Positions 40,200 to 50,464 of a DNA stretch of 64,000 nucleotides are shown in pieces. Every line of letters begins with the position of its first letter. Within the stretch, counting starts at the first letter, position 1. The stretch comes from an uncultured Arcobacteraceae bacterium. GTDB lineage: Bacteria; Campylobacterota; Campylobacteria; Campylobacterales; Arcobacteraceae. The stretch is taken from the NCBI GenBank assembly GCA_964022095.1, contig CAXHZO010000001.1, positions 320,001 through 384,000 of the forward strand, read 5' to 3'. The position numbers and the translations under genes are program-made. Under the pieces are notes generated by a model. The model saw only the letters and a program-made list of their open reading frames with translations. It was not told where the DNA came from and did not search any database.

Positions 40200-43100
40200 T
40201 TATTTTACTTCCCTTGCTCCAATATTTCCATATCTGTGGAATGAGTGAGAAACTGATTGTTCTTGGAAGTAGTTTAATAACTCTAATCTTCCCTCCATCA
40301 TTGGTTCTTGTCTTACAATAAATGTTAAACTTTCTGTTGCTTTTTCAAATACTTTAGTAGGAACTTTAGAAACACTTGAGTAGATAACTCTTTGATAATT
40401 AGAAATTGTTGACATAAACTGATCATCAGTTTCAATAGCAATTGAATCACCTGCCCCAAATAACTCTTTAGAGCTTTCTAATAATTTTTGAACTTCTGAA
40501 TTGTTGTTAATTGAAACTTTAAAATTAACACCAGAAACTTTTGCTGCTAAAATTCTAGATACTGATTCAAATATAGTATCATCACTACTTACTCTAATAA
40601 CAACTTTCTTTAAAGGAACATATCTAAAGTGATTGTCTTCACCTCTTACTTCACAATAATCTTTTTCAACACTAAACTCATCTTCATAGTTTTCAAGATA
40701 TGATTGCAGTGCAACTGATAATTTTTCAAATTCATCTTTATTTGATCTAGTTTGTTTACAAGTATCAATAAATTTTGTTAACTCATTTGTATATCTTCTT
40801 TTTACTTTTGGAACTGATTTTTCTGTAAAGTTAACAAATTGAGTTATATAATTGTAAATACCAACTTTTCTACCTGCTCCAATTGCAGATTTACCCATAC
40901 CACCAAATGGCTGTCTTAATACGATTGCACCAGTTGTCCCTCTATTTACATAAAGATTCCCAGCTTTTAAATTTGCTTTCCAGTACGATACTTCTCTTTC
41001 ATCTAGTGATTCAATTCCAGAAGTTAATCCATATCCAGTAGAGTTTACAATATCAATTGCATGCTTTAAATCTTTTGCTTTCATTACAGCAAGTACTGGT
41101 CCAAATAACTCATTCATATGAATAAAGTTACCCTCTTCAACTCCCCATTTAATTGAAGGCTTTAACATAAACTCATTATCATCTGCATACTCAGGAGCTA
41201 ATAACCATGATTCATTTTTTTCTAATGATGAGATAGCTTTTTTAAGATTACCTGATACTGGATTTGCTAAAGTTCCTATTTTATTAGAAAAGTCCCAAAC
41301 CGTACCAACACTCATAGAACGTGCAGTATCAACTAAAGCTTTTTTAAACGCTTCATCATTATAAACTTCCTCTTCTAAAACTAAAAGTGAAGTAGCAGAA
41401 CATTTTTGTCCTGAGTTGTTAAATGCACTTAAACATACATTTTTAACTGCTTGTTCTCTATCTGCCATATTTGTAACAATTGTTGCATCTTTTCCACCAG
41501 TCTCTGCAGTTAATAATAAATCTGGTCTAGTTTTTAACATAGAAGCAGCTGTATCTTCACCACCAGTTAAAATTACAAAATCAACATCTTTATTAGCAAT
41601 TAAATGCTCACCTGCAAGTGCTCCTGGACAAGGTGCAAACTGTAAAACATTTTTTGAAATTCCAGCATCCCAGAAACATTTACACATTTCATATGCAGTT
41701 AATGCTGCAACTGAAGCTGGCTTGATAATAACAGTATTACCAGCAGATAAAGCAGATGCAACTCCACCTAAAGGAATAGCTACTGGGAAGTTCCATGGTG
41801 GAACAACAACTCCAACACCTTTACCTGTAAATTCTAAGTTTCCATACTGTTCCCAATGACCAGCACTGTGTGCATAAAATTCGATAAAGTCAACTGCTTC
41901 TGATACTTCTACATCAGTTTCTGTAAATATTTTCCCAACTTCAGCAGCGGCAACACCAATTAAATCATCTCTTCTTTCTCTAACTTTTATTGCAGCTTCT
42001 TTTAATAAGGCATGTCTTTGTTTATTAGTTAAACTTCTCCAACCATCAACATCATCTTTTGCTACTTGTACTGCTTTTTGTAAATCTTGTGCAGTTGCAT
42101 TTGCAAATTTACCTGCAAGTACTCCTTCTTTTAATTGAGATTTATCAATAGCATCTACTATTTTTCTATCTCCAATTAAATCTTCACCACCAATTACAAC
42201 TGGAGCAACTTCATGTTGTGTATCTTTTGTAAACTTCCATTTTTTTACAATATTTCTTGCCCACTCTTGGTTATTTGGTAAAACAAAATCAGTATCAGCT
42301 TCAGCGTGGTATTCTCCTAAATCATAAGAAGAGCCTTTAAAATCATCCCACTTTTCATTTAATCTATCTTGTGTTCTTTTTGCACCTACAAAAGAAGTTT
42401 TTTCATTCTCAAAAGATTTTAAGAATAACTCTTTTTGCATTTTCCAATCCCTTGAACCAACTTGTAGCCCAAATGAATATCTAATAAAGTTATCATCACC
42501 CGTATTTTCATCTAATCTTCTAACTAAATAGGCAATTGCATTTGTAAACTGTTCTTTTGCAGCTGTTGGAGCATATAAAATTACAGTTTTTGAAATTTCA
42601 TTAATTGCAAGTCTTGCAGACTCACTCATACCTTCTAACATTTCTAAAGTATGATATTTTGTAGTTCCAAACTCTTGAGCTAATTGTGTTGCAAATGCTA
42701 ATTCAAATAAGTTATGTGATGCTGTTCCAATATGCATGTATGGTGCATTTTCTGGATTTAATGCAAACCTTGCCATTCTCTTATAGTTTGAGTCTGTATC
42801 ACTTTTATCTGTATAAGTTACCATTTCCCAATGTTTTTGACTAGCTTCAGTCTCTTCCATTTCCATATTAGCACCTTTTACAAGTCTAAACTTGATAGGA
42901 CTTCCACCATTTTGAACTCTATTTTTTGCCCATGCACATAAATCTTGTTGAACTAAGAATGAATCAGGAATATAAGCTTGAAGTACAATACCTGCATAAA
43001 AGTCTTTAAACTGTGGTAAGTCTAATGTTCTTTTAAATACCTCAACTGTGATATCTAAATCTCTATACTCTTCCATATCAAGATTGATGAACTTATTTGA

Positions 43101-43769
43101 TTTTGTTCCATCTGGTGCTATATAAGGGTATTTTTTAGCTTGCTCATAAATTCTAGTTAATTTTTTAACTAAAGTTTGAACTGTACCTTCAAAATTAAGT
43201 GGATTAATTTGAGAATATATAGTTGAAATTTTAATAGAAATATAGTCAATATTTGGATTTTTTAAAGCTTTTAGATACTTTTGAATTCTCTCTTCTGCTT
43301 CTTCTTCTCCAAGAACAACTTCACCAATAAGGTTAATATTTACCCTTGTTCCTTCTTTTTTTCTCATAACTAAGTGTTTATTAAAAGGCTCTTCTTCTCC
43401 TTTAATAACTACTGTTTTTGTGTCTTCTCTAATTTGGTCTACGAACATTGGAACAGATAGATCAGGTACAAATTTACCGAAATTTTTAAATAGCCATAAA
43501 AGAGCTTTATCTTTTGTAGTAAAGAAGTGAGCCATTCCATGTTTTTCTAATAAAAAGATGATTTGGTTAGCAACTCTATCATTTGATTCACATCTAAAAC
43601 ATTGGTCCATTAATTCAATAAGTAATGCTTTATCTTCTGGTTGTTCAAGCATTTTATTCATTTTTACATTAAATGCTTTATCCCAATCACTAACTAGCTG
43701 TGAAGCTCTGTTTTGCCATTTTTCTGCTAACTTAACTGCAGATTCTATAATTTCTTGTTCATTTCTCAT
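40200..43769 (-). CDS. putA: Bifunctional proline dehydrogenase / P5C dehydrogenase, no N-terminal RHH
   Basis: NLDMEEY, RLVKGAN, YLVRRLDEN; PWNFP, AETGGK, SGQKCSA, ELFGP. Confidence 0.96.
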   Translation of the reverse strand: MRNEQEIIESAVKLAEKWQNRASQLVSDWDKAFNVKMNKMLEQPEDKALLIELMDQCFRCESNDRVANQIIFLLEKHGMAHFFTTKDKALLWLFKNFGKFVPDLSVPMFVDQIREDTKTVVIKGEEEPFNKHLVMRKKEGTRVNINLIGEVVLGEEEAEERIQKYLKALKNPNIDYISIKISTIYSQINPLNFEGTVQTLVKKLTRIYEQAKKYPYIAPDGTKSNKFINLDMEEYRDLDITVEVFKRTLDLPQFKDFYAGIVLQAYIPDSFLVQQDLCAWAKNRVQNGGSPIKFRLVKGANMEMEETEASQKHWEMVTYTDKSDTDSNYKRMARFALNPENAPYMHIGTASHNLFELAFATQLAQEFGTTKYHTLEMLEGMSESARLAINEISKTVILYAPTAAKEQFTNAIAYLVRRLDENTGDDNFIRYSFGLQVGSRDWKMQKELFLKSFENEKTSFVGAKRTQDRLNEKWDDFKGSSYDLGEYHAEADTDFVLPNNQEWARNIVKKWKFTKDTQHEVAPVVIGGEDLIGDRKIVDAIDKSQLKEGVLAGKFANATAQDLQKAVQVAKDDVDGWRSLTNKQRHALLKEAAIKVRERRDDLIGVAAAEVGKIFTETDVEVSEAVDFIEFYAHSAGHWEQYGNLEFTGKGVGVVVPPWNFPVAIPLGGVASALSAGNTVIIKPASVAALTAYEMCKCFWDAGISKNVLQFAPCPGALAGEHLIANKDVDFVILTGGEDTAASMLKTRPDLLLTAETGGKDATIVTNMADREQAVKNVCLSAFNNSGQKCSATSLLVLEEEVYNDEAFKKALVDTARSMSVGTVWDFSNKIGTLANPVSGNLKKAISSLEKNESWLLAPEYADDNEFMLKPSIKWGVEEGNFIHMNELFGPVLAVMKAKDLKHAIDIVNSTGYGLTSGIESLDEREVSYWKANLKAGNLYVNRGTTGAIVLRQPFGGMGKSAIGAGRKVGIYNYITQFVNFTEKSVPKVKRRYTNELTKFIDTCKQTRSNKDEFEKLSVALQSYLENYEDEFSVEKDYCEVRGEDNHFRYVPLKKVVIRVSSDDTIFESVSRILAAKVSGVNFKVSINNNSEVQKLLESSKELFGAGDSIAIETDDQFMSTISNYQRVIYSSVSKVPTKVFEKATESLTFIVRQEPMMEGRLELLNYFQEQSVSHSFHRYGNIGAREVK

Positions 43770-43805
43770 TTGCGATCCTTAAAATTTATTCAGTTTTAAA
43801 CAAAT

Positions 43806-43885
43806 TTTAAGTAGCTTAAAGCGCACGCTTTTAAATGTGCTTTAGAGGGGAGCAACCGCCAAGTATGCCCCTCTTGCTACTTAAA
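43806..43885. other. Structured three-way-junction element between the ABC ATPase gene and putA
   Basis: Outer stem TTTAAGTAGC/GCTACTTAAA enclosing two hairpins (43817-43844, 43844-43874). Confidence 0.55.
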
Positions 43886-43905
43886 TATTTTTCTTCTACT
43901 ATTTA

Positions 43906-44628
43906 TTAATGTTTTTTACCTAAATATGCCTCTTGAATTGTTTCAGAATTTAATAACTCTTCAGCAGTACCTTGGTGTGTAATTTTCCCAACTTCTAAAA
44001 CATATGCTCTATCAGCTAATTTTAAAGCCGCTTTAGCATTTTGTTCAACTAATAAAACTGTAACACCACTTTGAGCAATCTCTTTAACAGCTTTGAAAAT
44101 TGCTTTAATTAAAATTGGTGCTAATCCTAAACTTGGTTCATCAAGTATCAATAACTTTGGCTTAGACATAATAGCTCTACCAATAGCAAGCATTTGTTGC
44201 TCACCTCCAGAAAGTGTCCCAGCAAGCTGCTTTCTTCTCTCTTTTAATCTTGGTAAAATATCATATATCCAAGCAAGTGTTTCTTTATCATGGTCTTTTA
44301 ATGTATAAGCACCCATCATTAAGTTTTCTTCAACACTTAGTGTTCCAAAAACTTTTCTTCCCTCAGGAGAATGTGCCATACCAAGAGACACAATATCATG
44401 TGCAGGAGTTGCAGTGATATCATTTTTATCAAAAACTATACTTCCCTCTTTTGCTTTTAATAAACCAGAAATAGTTCTTAAAGTTGTAGTTTTACCAGCA
44501 CCATTAGCACCTAAAATAGTTACAACTTCTCCTCTTCTAACTTGAATATCAATACCTTTAATAGCATTAATTGCTCCATATGAAACATGAAGGTTTTTTA
44601 TATCTAATAATATTTCATGATCTACCAT
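43906..44628 (-). CDS. livF: Liv-type ABC transporter ATP-binding protein (LivF-like)
   Basis: GANGAGKTT, LSGGEQQMLAIGRA, LDEPSLGLAP. Confidence 0.9.
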   Translation of the reverse strand: MVDHEILLDIKNLHVSYGAINAIKGIDIQVRRGEVVTILGANGAGKTTTLRTISGLLKAKEGSIVFDKNDITATPAHDIVSLGMAHSPEGRKVFGTLSVEENLMMGAYTLKDHDKETLAWIYDILPRLKERRKQLAGTLSGGEQQMLAIGRAIMSKPKLLILDEPSLGLAPILIKAIFKAVKEIAQSGVTVLLVEQNAKAALKLADRAYVLEVGKITHQGTAEELLNSETIQEAYLGKKH

Positions 44629-45410
44629 TATGCATCCTCCTCATCGTCATCATCTGAACCAATATATGCCTCAATAACTCTTGGATCACTTTGAACAAAA
44701 CTAGGCTCACCTTGAGAAATCTCTTTACCAAAGTTAATAACAGTTATATAATCAGTAAGATTCATAACCATTTCCATATCATGCTCAATCATCATAATTC
44801 CAAGACCCATTTCTTTGATCTTTTGAATAATTCCTGTTAACTCAATTGTTTCATTTTCATTTAATCCTGCTGCTGGTTCATCTAAAATTAATAGTTCAGG
44901 ATCAGCTGCTAAGGCTCTAGCCATTTCAACTTTTCTTTGAACTCCATAAGATAAATCACCAGTTGGATGCATTGCAAATTTTGTTAAACCAAAGAATTCC
45001 ATTAACTCTTCAACTTTTTTCCAATGCTTATCTTCATCTTTTCTAAATGCAGGAGTATGAACAATTGCGTGGTACCATTTTTGATTACTTTTAGTATGAC
45101 ATCCAGCCATAATATTTTCAGCAACACTCATCTCTTTGAACAGTCTAATATTTTGGAATGTTCTTAAAACTCCCCTTTGGGCAATTTTATGTGGAGCCAT
45201 TCCTGTAATATTTTCACCTTTATATTTTATACTTCCTTTTTCAGGAGTATAAATACCTGTTACACAGTTAAATAAAGTTGTTTTTCCTGCACCATTTGGT
45301 CCAATAATTCCATAGATTTGACCTGGTTTAACTTTAATAGTTAAATCATCAATTGCAACTAATCCATGAAATAGTTTTGAAACATTTTCTATTTCTAATA
45401 CATATTCCAT
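44628..45410 (-). CDS. livG: Liv-type ABC transporter ATP-binding protein (LivG-like)
   Basis: GPNGAGKTT, RTFQNIRLF, LDEPAAGLN, IEHDM. Confidence 0.9.
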   Translation of the reverse strand: MEYVLEIENVSKLFHGLVAIDDLTIKVKPGQIYGIIGPNGAGKTTLFNCVTGIYTPEKGSIKYKGENITGMAPHKIAQRGVLRTFQNIRLFKEMSVAENIMAGCHTKSNQKWYHAIVHTPAFRKDEDKHWKKVEELMEFFGLTKFAMHPTGDLSYGVQRKVEMARALAADPELLILDEPAAGLNENETIELTGIIQKIKEMGLGIMMIEHDMEMVMNLTDYITVINFGKEISQGEPSFVQSDPRVIEAYIGSDDDDEEDA

Positions 45411-46369
45411 TACTTATCTCCTTTCTTAGCTACTTTATCTCTAATAAATTTTGGAACAATTCCAAATTTAGCTGGCCAAACACCATTTGGTCTTAAAATC
45501 ATAGTAAGTACCATAGCTGCACCAAAGATTAAATATCTTGATTCTTTAAACTCTGTAAATAACTCTGGCAATACAAACATTACAAATGTTCCAATAACTA
45601 CACCAGGAAGTGAAGCAGATCCACCAACAAGTACAATTGCAAAGAACATAACAGATTGCATAAAGTTAAATGATTCTGGAGATACAGCTGAATATTGAAT
45701 AGCAAATATACTTCCAGCAGCACCTGCAATAGCAGCACCTAATGCAAAAGCAAATAGTTTATAATATGAGATATTTATTCCCATAGATTTAGCTGCAATT
45801 TCATCTTTATTTATGTAATATAATGCTCTACCATAAGCTGATGTATCTAAATTTCTAATAATTAATAGTGTAATTAAAAGTAATCCAAATGCCATATAAT
45901 AAATACTCATATCAGACCATAATTCATATCCAAAGATTCTAACTACATCGATTCCGAAAATACCATTAGGTCCACCAGTTAAACCAAATACATCATTTTT
46001 TAATACTTGTTCAAAAATGATATTAAATCCAATTGTTGCAACTAATAAATAATCCCCTCTTAAGTGAATAATAGGACCTGCTAATAGCACTGCTATAACA
46101 GCTGGAATAATAATTGCAAAAGGTAATGTTTCAATAATTTCAAATCCAAAATGTACATTTAAAATTGCAGTTGTATATGCTCCCATACCAAAGAAAATGG
46201 CATGACCCATATTAAATACTCCAGCACGACCAAGAATAATATCCTGAGAAAATGCTACAACTGAGAATACTAAAAATGTAATACCAATTGATAACCAAGT
46301 TGAATCAACAAAAAGTGGGAAAAATGCCATTAATACGACAAAAGCTAACATTATATTTCTATTTACCAT
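45410..46369 (-). CDS. livM: Liv-type ABC transporter permease (LivM-like)
   Basis: GHAIFFGMGAY, LRGDYL, TGGPNGI. Confidence 0.9.
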   Translation of the reverse strand: MVNRNIMLAFVVLMAFFPLFVDSTWLSIGITFLVFSVVAFSQDIILGRAGVFNMGHAIFFGMGAYTTAILNVHFGFEIIETLPFAIIIPAVIAVLLAGPIIHLRGDYLLVATIGFNIIFEQVLKNDVFGLTGGPNGIFGIDVVRIFGYELWSDMSIYYMAFGLLLITLLIIRNLDTSAYGRALYYINKDEIAAKSMGINISYYKLFAFALGAAIAGAAGSIFAIQYSAVSPESFNFMQSVMFFAIVLVGGSASLPGVVIGTFVMFVLPELFTEFKESRYLIFGAAMVLTMILRPNGVWPAKFGIVPKFIRDKVAKKGDK

Positions 46370-47271
46370 TATACTTTCTCCGCTGTTTTTTCACCAAGTA
46401 ATCCAGTTGGTTTTACAATTAAAATTACAATCAACAAGATAAATGTGAATGCTTCTGCCCATTGTGTTGAAATATATCCTGCAATCATTGCATTAAATAA
46501 TCCAAGTAATAAACCACCTAGCATCGCTCCAGGAATTGAACCAATTCCACCAATAATTGCTGCAATAAATGCACTTAAACCATAAAGCCATCCCATATCA
46601 AATGTTAAACCTCTATAGTAAATACCAATAAATAATCCACCAATTGCACCTAAAACTGAACCAATAACAAAAATTGTTACAATGATTCTATTTACATTAA
46701 TACCCATTAGTTTTGCTGCATCTTGATCAATTGCTGTTGCTCTAATAGCTGTACCTATTTTTGTTTTATTAATAAAGAAAAATAGTGCAATCATAACAAC
46801 TGCTGATAATACTAAAATCACTAATTGAGTAAATGAAACTACTACTGTTCCAAATGTCCATGAAATATTTGGGAATAAATCAGACGGGAAAATCTTCATA
46901 TTCGGTCCCCAAATTAACATAATTCCATTTTGAATAACCAATGATGCACCAAGAGCAGAAACTACTGCACTAAGTCTTGGTGCCGTTCTTAAAGGTCTAT
47001 ATGCAAGACGCTCAAGAAGAACACCTACAATAGCCACTATAATTGCTGTTAAAATAAATATAATAACTATACTTACAAGATTTGTAGCACTTGCTCCAAA
47101 TAGTTGTGAAAAAATTGTCAGTCCAACATATGCAGAAAAGGCAACAAGGTCACCGTGTGCGAAGTTAATTAACTTCATCACACCGTATACCATTGTATAA
47201 CCTAAAGCTACTAATGCATAAAGACTTCCAATAGTTAAACCATTTATTAACTGTTGAAGAAAAATATCCAT
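46369..47271 (-). CDS. livH: Liv-type ABC transporter permease (LivH-like)
   Basis: GSLYALVALGYTMVYG..LINFAHG, IGGIGSIPGA. Confidence 0.9.
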   Translation of the reverse strand: MDIFLQQLINGLTIGSLYALVALGYTMVYGVMKLINFAHGDLVAFSAYVGLTIFSQLFGASATNLVSIVIIFILTAIIVAIVGVLLERLAYRPLRTAPRLSAVVSALGASLVIQNGIMLIWGPNMKIFPSDLFPNISWTFGTVVVSFTQLVILVLSAVVMIALFFFINKTKIGTAIRATAIDQDAAKLMGINVNRIIVTIFVIGSVLGAIGGLFIGIYYRGLTFDMGWLYGLSAFIAAIIGGIGSIPGAMLGGLLLGLFNAMIAGYISTQWAEAFTFILLIVILIVKPTGLLGEKTAEKV

Positions 47272-47290
47272 AATACCTCTTTATTTATGA

Positions 47291-48406
47291 TTATTGTACA
47301 ACTTCTTTTGTACCATCATTTTTTAATCTATATACAACAAATTTTGCTCCAACTCTTTCACCATCTTCTCTAATGTTAAATGGTCCAGTAATTCCTGGGA
47401 AGTCTTTCATATCATTTCTAATATATTCAGAAATAGTTTTTGTGTCTAAAGATTTTGTTTTCTCTGCTGCTTCTAAAATAGCTCTTAATCCATCTGCATT
47501 AGTTACAGGCCAAATTGATGGAGGATCAATTTTAAATCTTTCTTTATATGCAGTTAAATATTTTTTAGCTTCTTTATAAGGTAAAATCTCTGGTGTTGGG
47601 AAGTTAATTAAAACTGTACCTTCTGCAGATTTTCCAGCTAATTTATAAAAGTCTGGATTATCATTAGAATCACCACCAACAAAATCAGCTTTAATTCCAA
47701 GTTGTGCTTGTTGTGATCTTAATTGACCACCATCAGTGTAATATCCTGAATAATAAATTACATCTGGATTCATTGATTTAATTTTTGTTAATACTGCTGT
47801 AAAGTTTTGAGTACCTGATTTAATTTTACCTCTAAAGATAACATTTCCACCAATTTTTTTAATTGACTCTTCAGTTGCTGTACCTAAACCGTCTGAGTAA
47901 GAAGAGTAATCAGATAAAACAACAATTTTTTCATATTTTTTCTCATTTACTAAATATTCCGCTGTAAAATCAGACTGTGCTGAATTTGGGAATGAATTTC
48001 TAAAGAAAGTCCAGTATTTTTTCTTAATTAAAGAATCACTTGTACCATCACTAGTTTGTAAAACTTTACTTCTATAGTAAGTAGTTTGTGCAGCTTCAGT
48101 TGCACCTGATGTATAAGAACCAATTACTGCAATAACACCTGCATTTGATAATTTTTTAGCACAAACAGCTGCTTTTTGAGCTTTTGCTTCATCATCACAA
48201 GTTACAACTTCGATTTTCTTACCTAAAAGTCCACCTTGTTCATTCTTTTCATCTGCAATTAATCTTACAAAGTTATCAATACTTTGACCTTCATTTGCAT
48301 ACTTACCAGTAATAGGTGCTTGAACACCAATTTTTACAACATCACTTGCCATTAAAGAACAAGCTAATACACCACTTAGTGCAACTAATTTTGTTAAATT
48401 CTTCAT
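47291..48406 (-). CDS. Liv-type ABC substrate-binding protein; substrate possibly proline given linkage to putA
   Basis: Signal peptide, KIGVQAPITG, VIGSYTSG; AAGGAG before ATG 48406. Confidence 0.88.
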   Translation of the reverse strand: MKNLTKLVALSGVLACSLMASDVVKIGVQAPITGKYANEGQSIDNFVRLIADEKNEQGGLLGKKIEVVTCDDEAKAQKAAVCAKKLSNAGVIAVIGSYTSGATEAAQTTYYRSKVLQTSDGTSDSLIKKKYWTFFRNSFPNSAQSDFTAEYLVNEKKYEKIVVLSDYSSYSDGLGTATEESIKKIGGNVIFRGKIKSGTQNFTAVLTKIKSMNPDVIYYSGYYTDGGQLRSQQAQLGIKADFVGGDSNDNPDFYKLAGKSAEGTVLINFPTPEILPYKEAKKYLTAYKERFKIDPPSIWPVTNADGLRAILEAAEKTKSLDTKTISEYIRNDMKDFPGITGPFNIREDGERVGAKFVVYRLKNDGTKEVVQ

Positions 48407-48434
48407 ATAACGCTCCTTATTTAATTTAATTTTT

Positions 48435-49094
48435 TTATAATGAATGCTCAATGATGTAACATCCTATACACCATTCGCCAACTTTTTCGATTTTATTTAT
48501 CTCTCCTCCTTTAAAGCTTGATTTCAAATTTTTATGTTCATTTACTATTTTGTCAAATGATTCAATTATTGCGCTTAATCTCTCATCTGCTTTCTTTCTT
48601 GCACTTGATGAAATATCTAAATAAAAAGCGAAAACTCCATAATCTAATGTTGTTTCATCTTTTTGCTCTCGCTCTAACATTTTACACATTAGTTCAATAT
48701 CATCTAAATACTCTTGTTGAACATTTCTAACACCATTTTTAATAGACATTACAACTTTAGAAATTGAATCATTATCACTTTTATGCGTAAATCTCTCATC
48801 TAAAGTAACACACATTGTTCTATCAATGATGTATTTACTTTTCATAAACTCTCTAAAATCACTTCTATTTGGAAGTGAACATCTTAAAATATCAGATACT
48901 GTTGCATCTAAAAAAACCTCTGGTGCATCAGATAACTTTCCAATTTCTTGTGCAACATGAATTGATAAAAACTTTGGTGGTGCATATGATAAATATAATT
49001 CATCACATGTCCAAAAAGTATAGTTTGTTTTAGCATTTAAAATACCAGCTATTACCGAATCAATTAGATCATCTTTTTTGGGAAATATACTCAT
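48435..49094 (-). CDS. Hypothetical cytoplasmic protein, translationally coupled to the RHH gene
   Basis: 219-aa ORF, TAATG overlap at 49094. Confidence 0.75.
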   Translation of the reverse strand: MSIFPKKDDLIDSVIAGILNAKTNYTFWTCDELYLSYAPPKFLSIHVAQEIGKLSDAPEVFLDATVSDILRCSLPNRSDFREFMKSKYIIDRTMCVTLDERFTHKSDNDSISKVVMSIKNGVRNVQQEYLDDIELMCKMLEREQKDETTLDYGVFAFYLDISSSARKKADERLSAIIESFDKIVNEHKNLKSSFKGGEINKIEKVGEWCIGCYIIEHSL

Positions 49095-49327
49095 TAGTCT
49101 AACTCCACATAGTTTTCATCAACTTCTTGAACTATTCCACTTTCAAATAAAATATCTTCAATTAATTTATTTTTAGAAATATTTAACTCACCACTTAAAA
49201 CTTTTAAGGCATCATCTAATTTACTATCAATTTTTATAGTTAATTGAGAAATCTTTTTCTTATTTGATTTAGTGTGTTTATTAATTACTGTTTGAATTAC
49301 TGATCTTTTATTTTTTAGCTTTGCCAA
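49094..49327 (-). CDS. Ribbon-helix-helix (CopG-like) DNA-binding protein
   Basis: QLTIKID strand, SKLDDALKVLSGELN helix, ISKNKLIEDIL helix; TTG start with AGGGG RBS. Confidence 0.75.
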   Translation of the reverse strand: MAKLKNKRSVIQTVINKHTKSNKKKISQLTIKIDSKLDDALKVLSGELNISKNKLIEDILFESGIVQEVDENYVELD

Positions 49328-49350
49328 AACTGCCCCTATTGCTTAAGAAA

Positions 49351-49374
49351 TTTTAGTACTACTTTTAGTACTAC
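49351..49374. promoter_or_regulatory. Tandem 12-bp direct repeat, candidate RHH operator
   Basis: TTTTAGTACTAC x2, each containing the palindrome TAGTACTA, 24-47 nt upstream of the RHH start. Confidence 0.6.
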
Positions 49375-49489
49375 CTTTTTTTCTTTAAGCATTATTTCAC
49401 AGTAAAACTTAACTGAATCTTAATTTTTTTGAGTTTTGTGCCTATTATTTATACAATTTTGATTTTTACTCATAATTGCTACGTTGTTG

Positions 49490-50398
49490 CTATTTTAGGC
49501 CATTATCTGAATTAGTATTCATTGTTTTTAGTTGCTGAATTATCAATCCAGCAATAATTGTAATTAATCCAATTACAGTAGAAATATAAATCTCTTCACC
49601 TAAAATAAAATAGATGAAAATTAAAGAGATGAAAGGAGATAAAAATATTAAATTTGCAATTTTTGCAGTTGATTGAGCATATTGCATTGCATTTAACCAA
49701 AATAAAAAAGTAATTCCCATTTCAAATACTCCTACATAAAAAGATGATGCAATCCCTCTTATATCAGGAATAGCTGATAGCTCGCCTGTGAAATATGCAT
49801 ATATAAAAATGATAGGTATAGAAAATAAAAAGTTGGCAAAAACTGAAATAAGAGGATCTGCTTTTGTTTTAGTATTAGTAATCCAATATAAAGACCAAAG
49901 TACAGTAGATAATAAAGCTAAAAGTACTCCATCTATATTTGAAAAACTCAAACTAAAAGGTGCTCCTTTTGTTGATATAATTAAAACACCAAAATAGCAA
50001 ATAATACCTGCAACAATATCATTTATTGTTAATTTTTGTTTTAAAAAAATTACTGAAAGATAAGTTAACATTAAAGCCCAAGTATAATTAATAGCTTGTG
50101 CTTCTTGTGCTGGTAATAGCTCATAAGCTTTAAACAAAACTAAGTAGTATAAAAATGGATTAATTAATGCTAGTATGAATATCTGAAGATATGATTTTTT
50201 TATATAATTTAAAACATTTCTTAACTGTTTTTTATATGTAACAATTGCAAATAAAATAAGAAAAGAACTAATAGAAGCATACAAAACTAATTGTACAGCA
50301 GATAAGTATTGTAATGAAATTTTAAATGCAGTTGCAACGGTTGACCAGAAGAATATTGCTATTAATGCAAATTTATATGCTGTAGTTTGTGATTTCAT
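49490..50398 (-). CDS. EamA/DMT family transporter
   Basis: WSTVATAFK, AQAINYTW, about 10 TMs. Confidence 0.88.
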   Translation of the reverse strand: MKSQTTAYKFALIAIFFWSTVATAFKISLQYLSAVQLVLYASISSFLILFAIVTYKKQLRNVLNYIKKSYLQIFILALINPFLYYLVLFKAYELLPAQEAQAINYTWALMLTYLSVIFLKQKLTINDIVAGIICYFGVLIISTKGAPFSLSFSNIDGVLLALLSTVLWSLYWITNTKTKADPLISVFANFLFSIPIIFIYAYFTGELSAIPDIRGIASSFYVGVFEMGITFLFWLNAMQYAQSTAKIANLIFLSPFISLIFIYFILGEEIYISTVIGLITIIAGLIIQQLKTMNTNSDNGLK

Positions 50399-50464
50399 TT
50401 TATGCCCCTAAAGGGCATATTTTAATAGATTAAGATTAAATTTTATTTAATCTTTGTGTAAATT

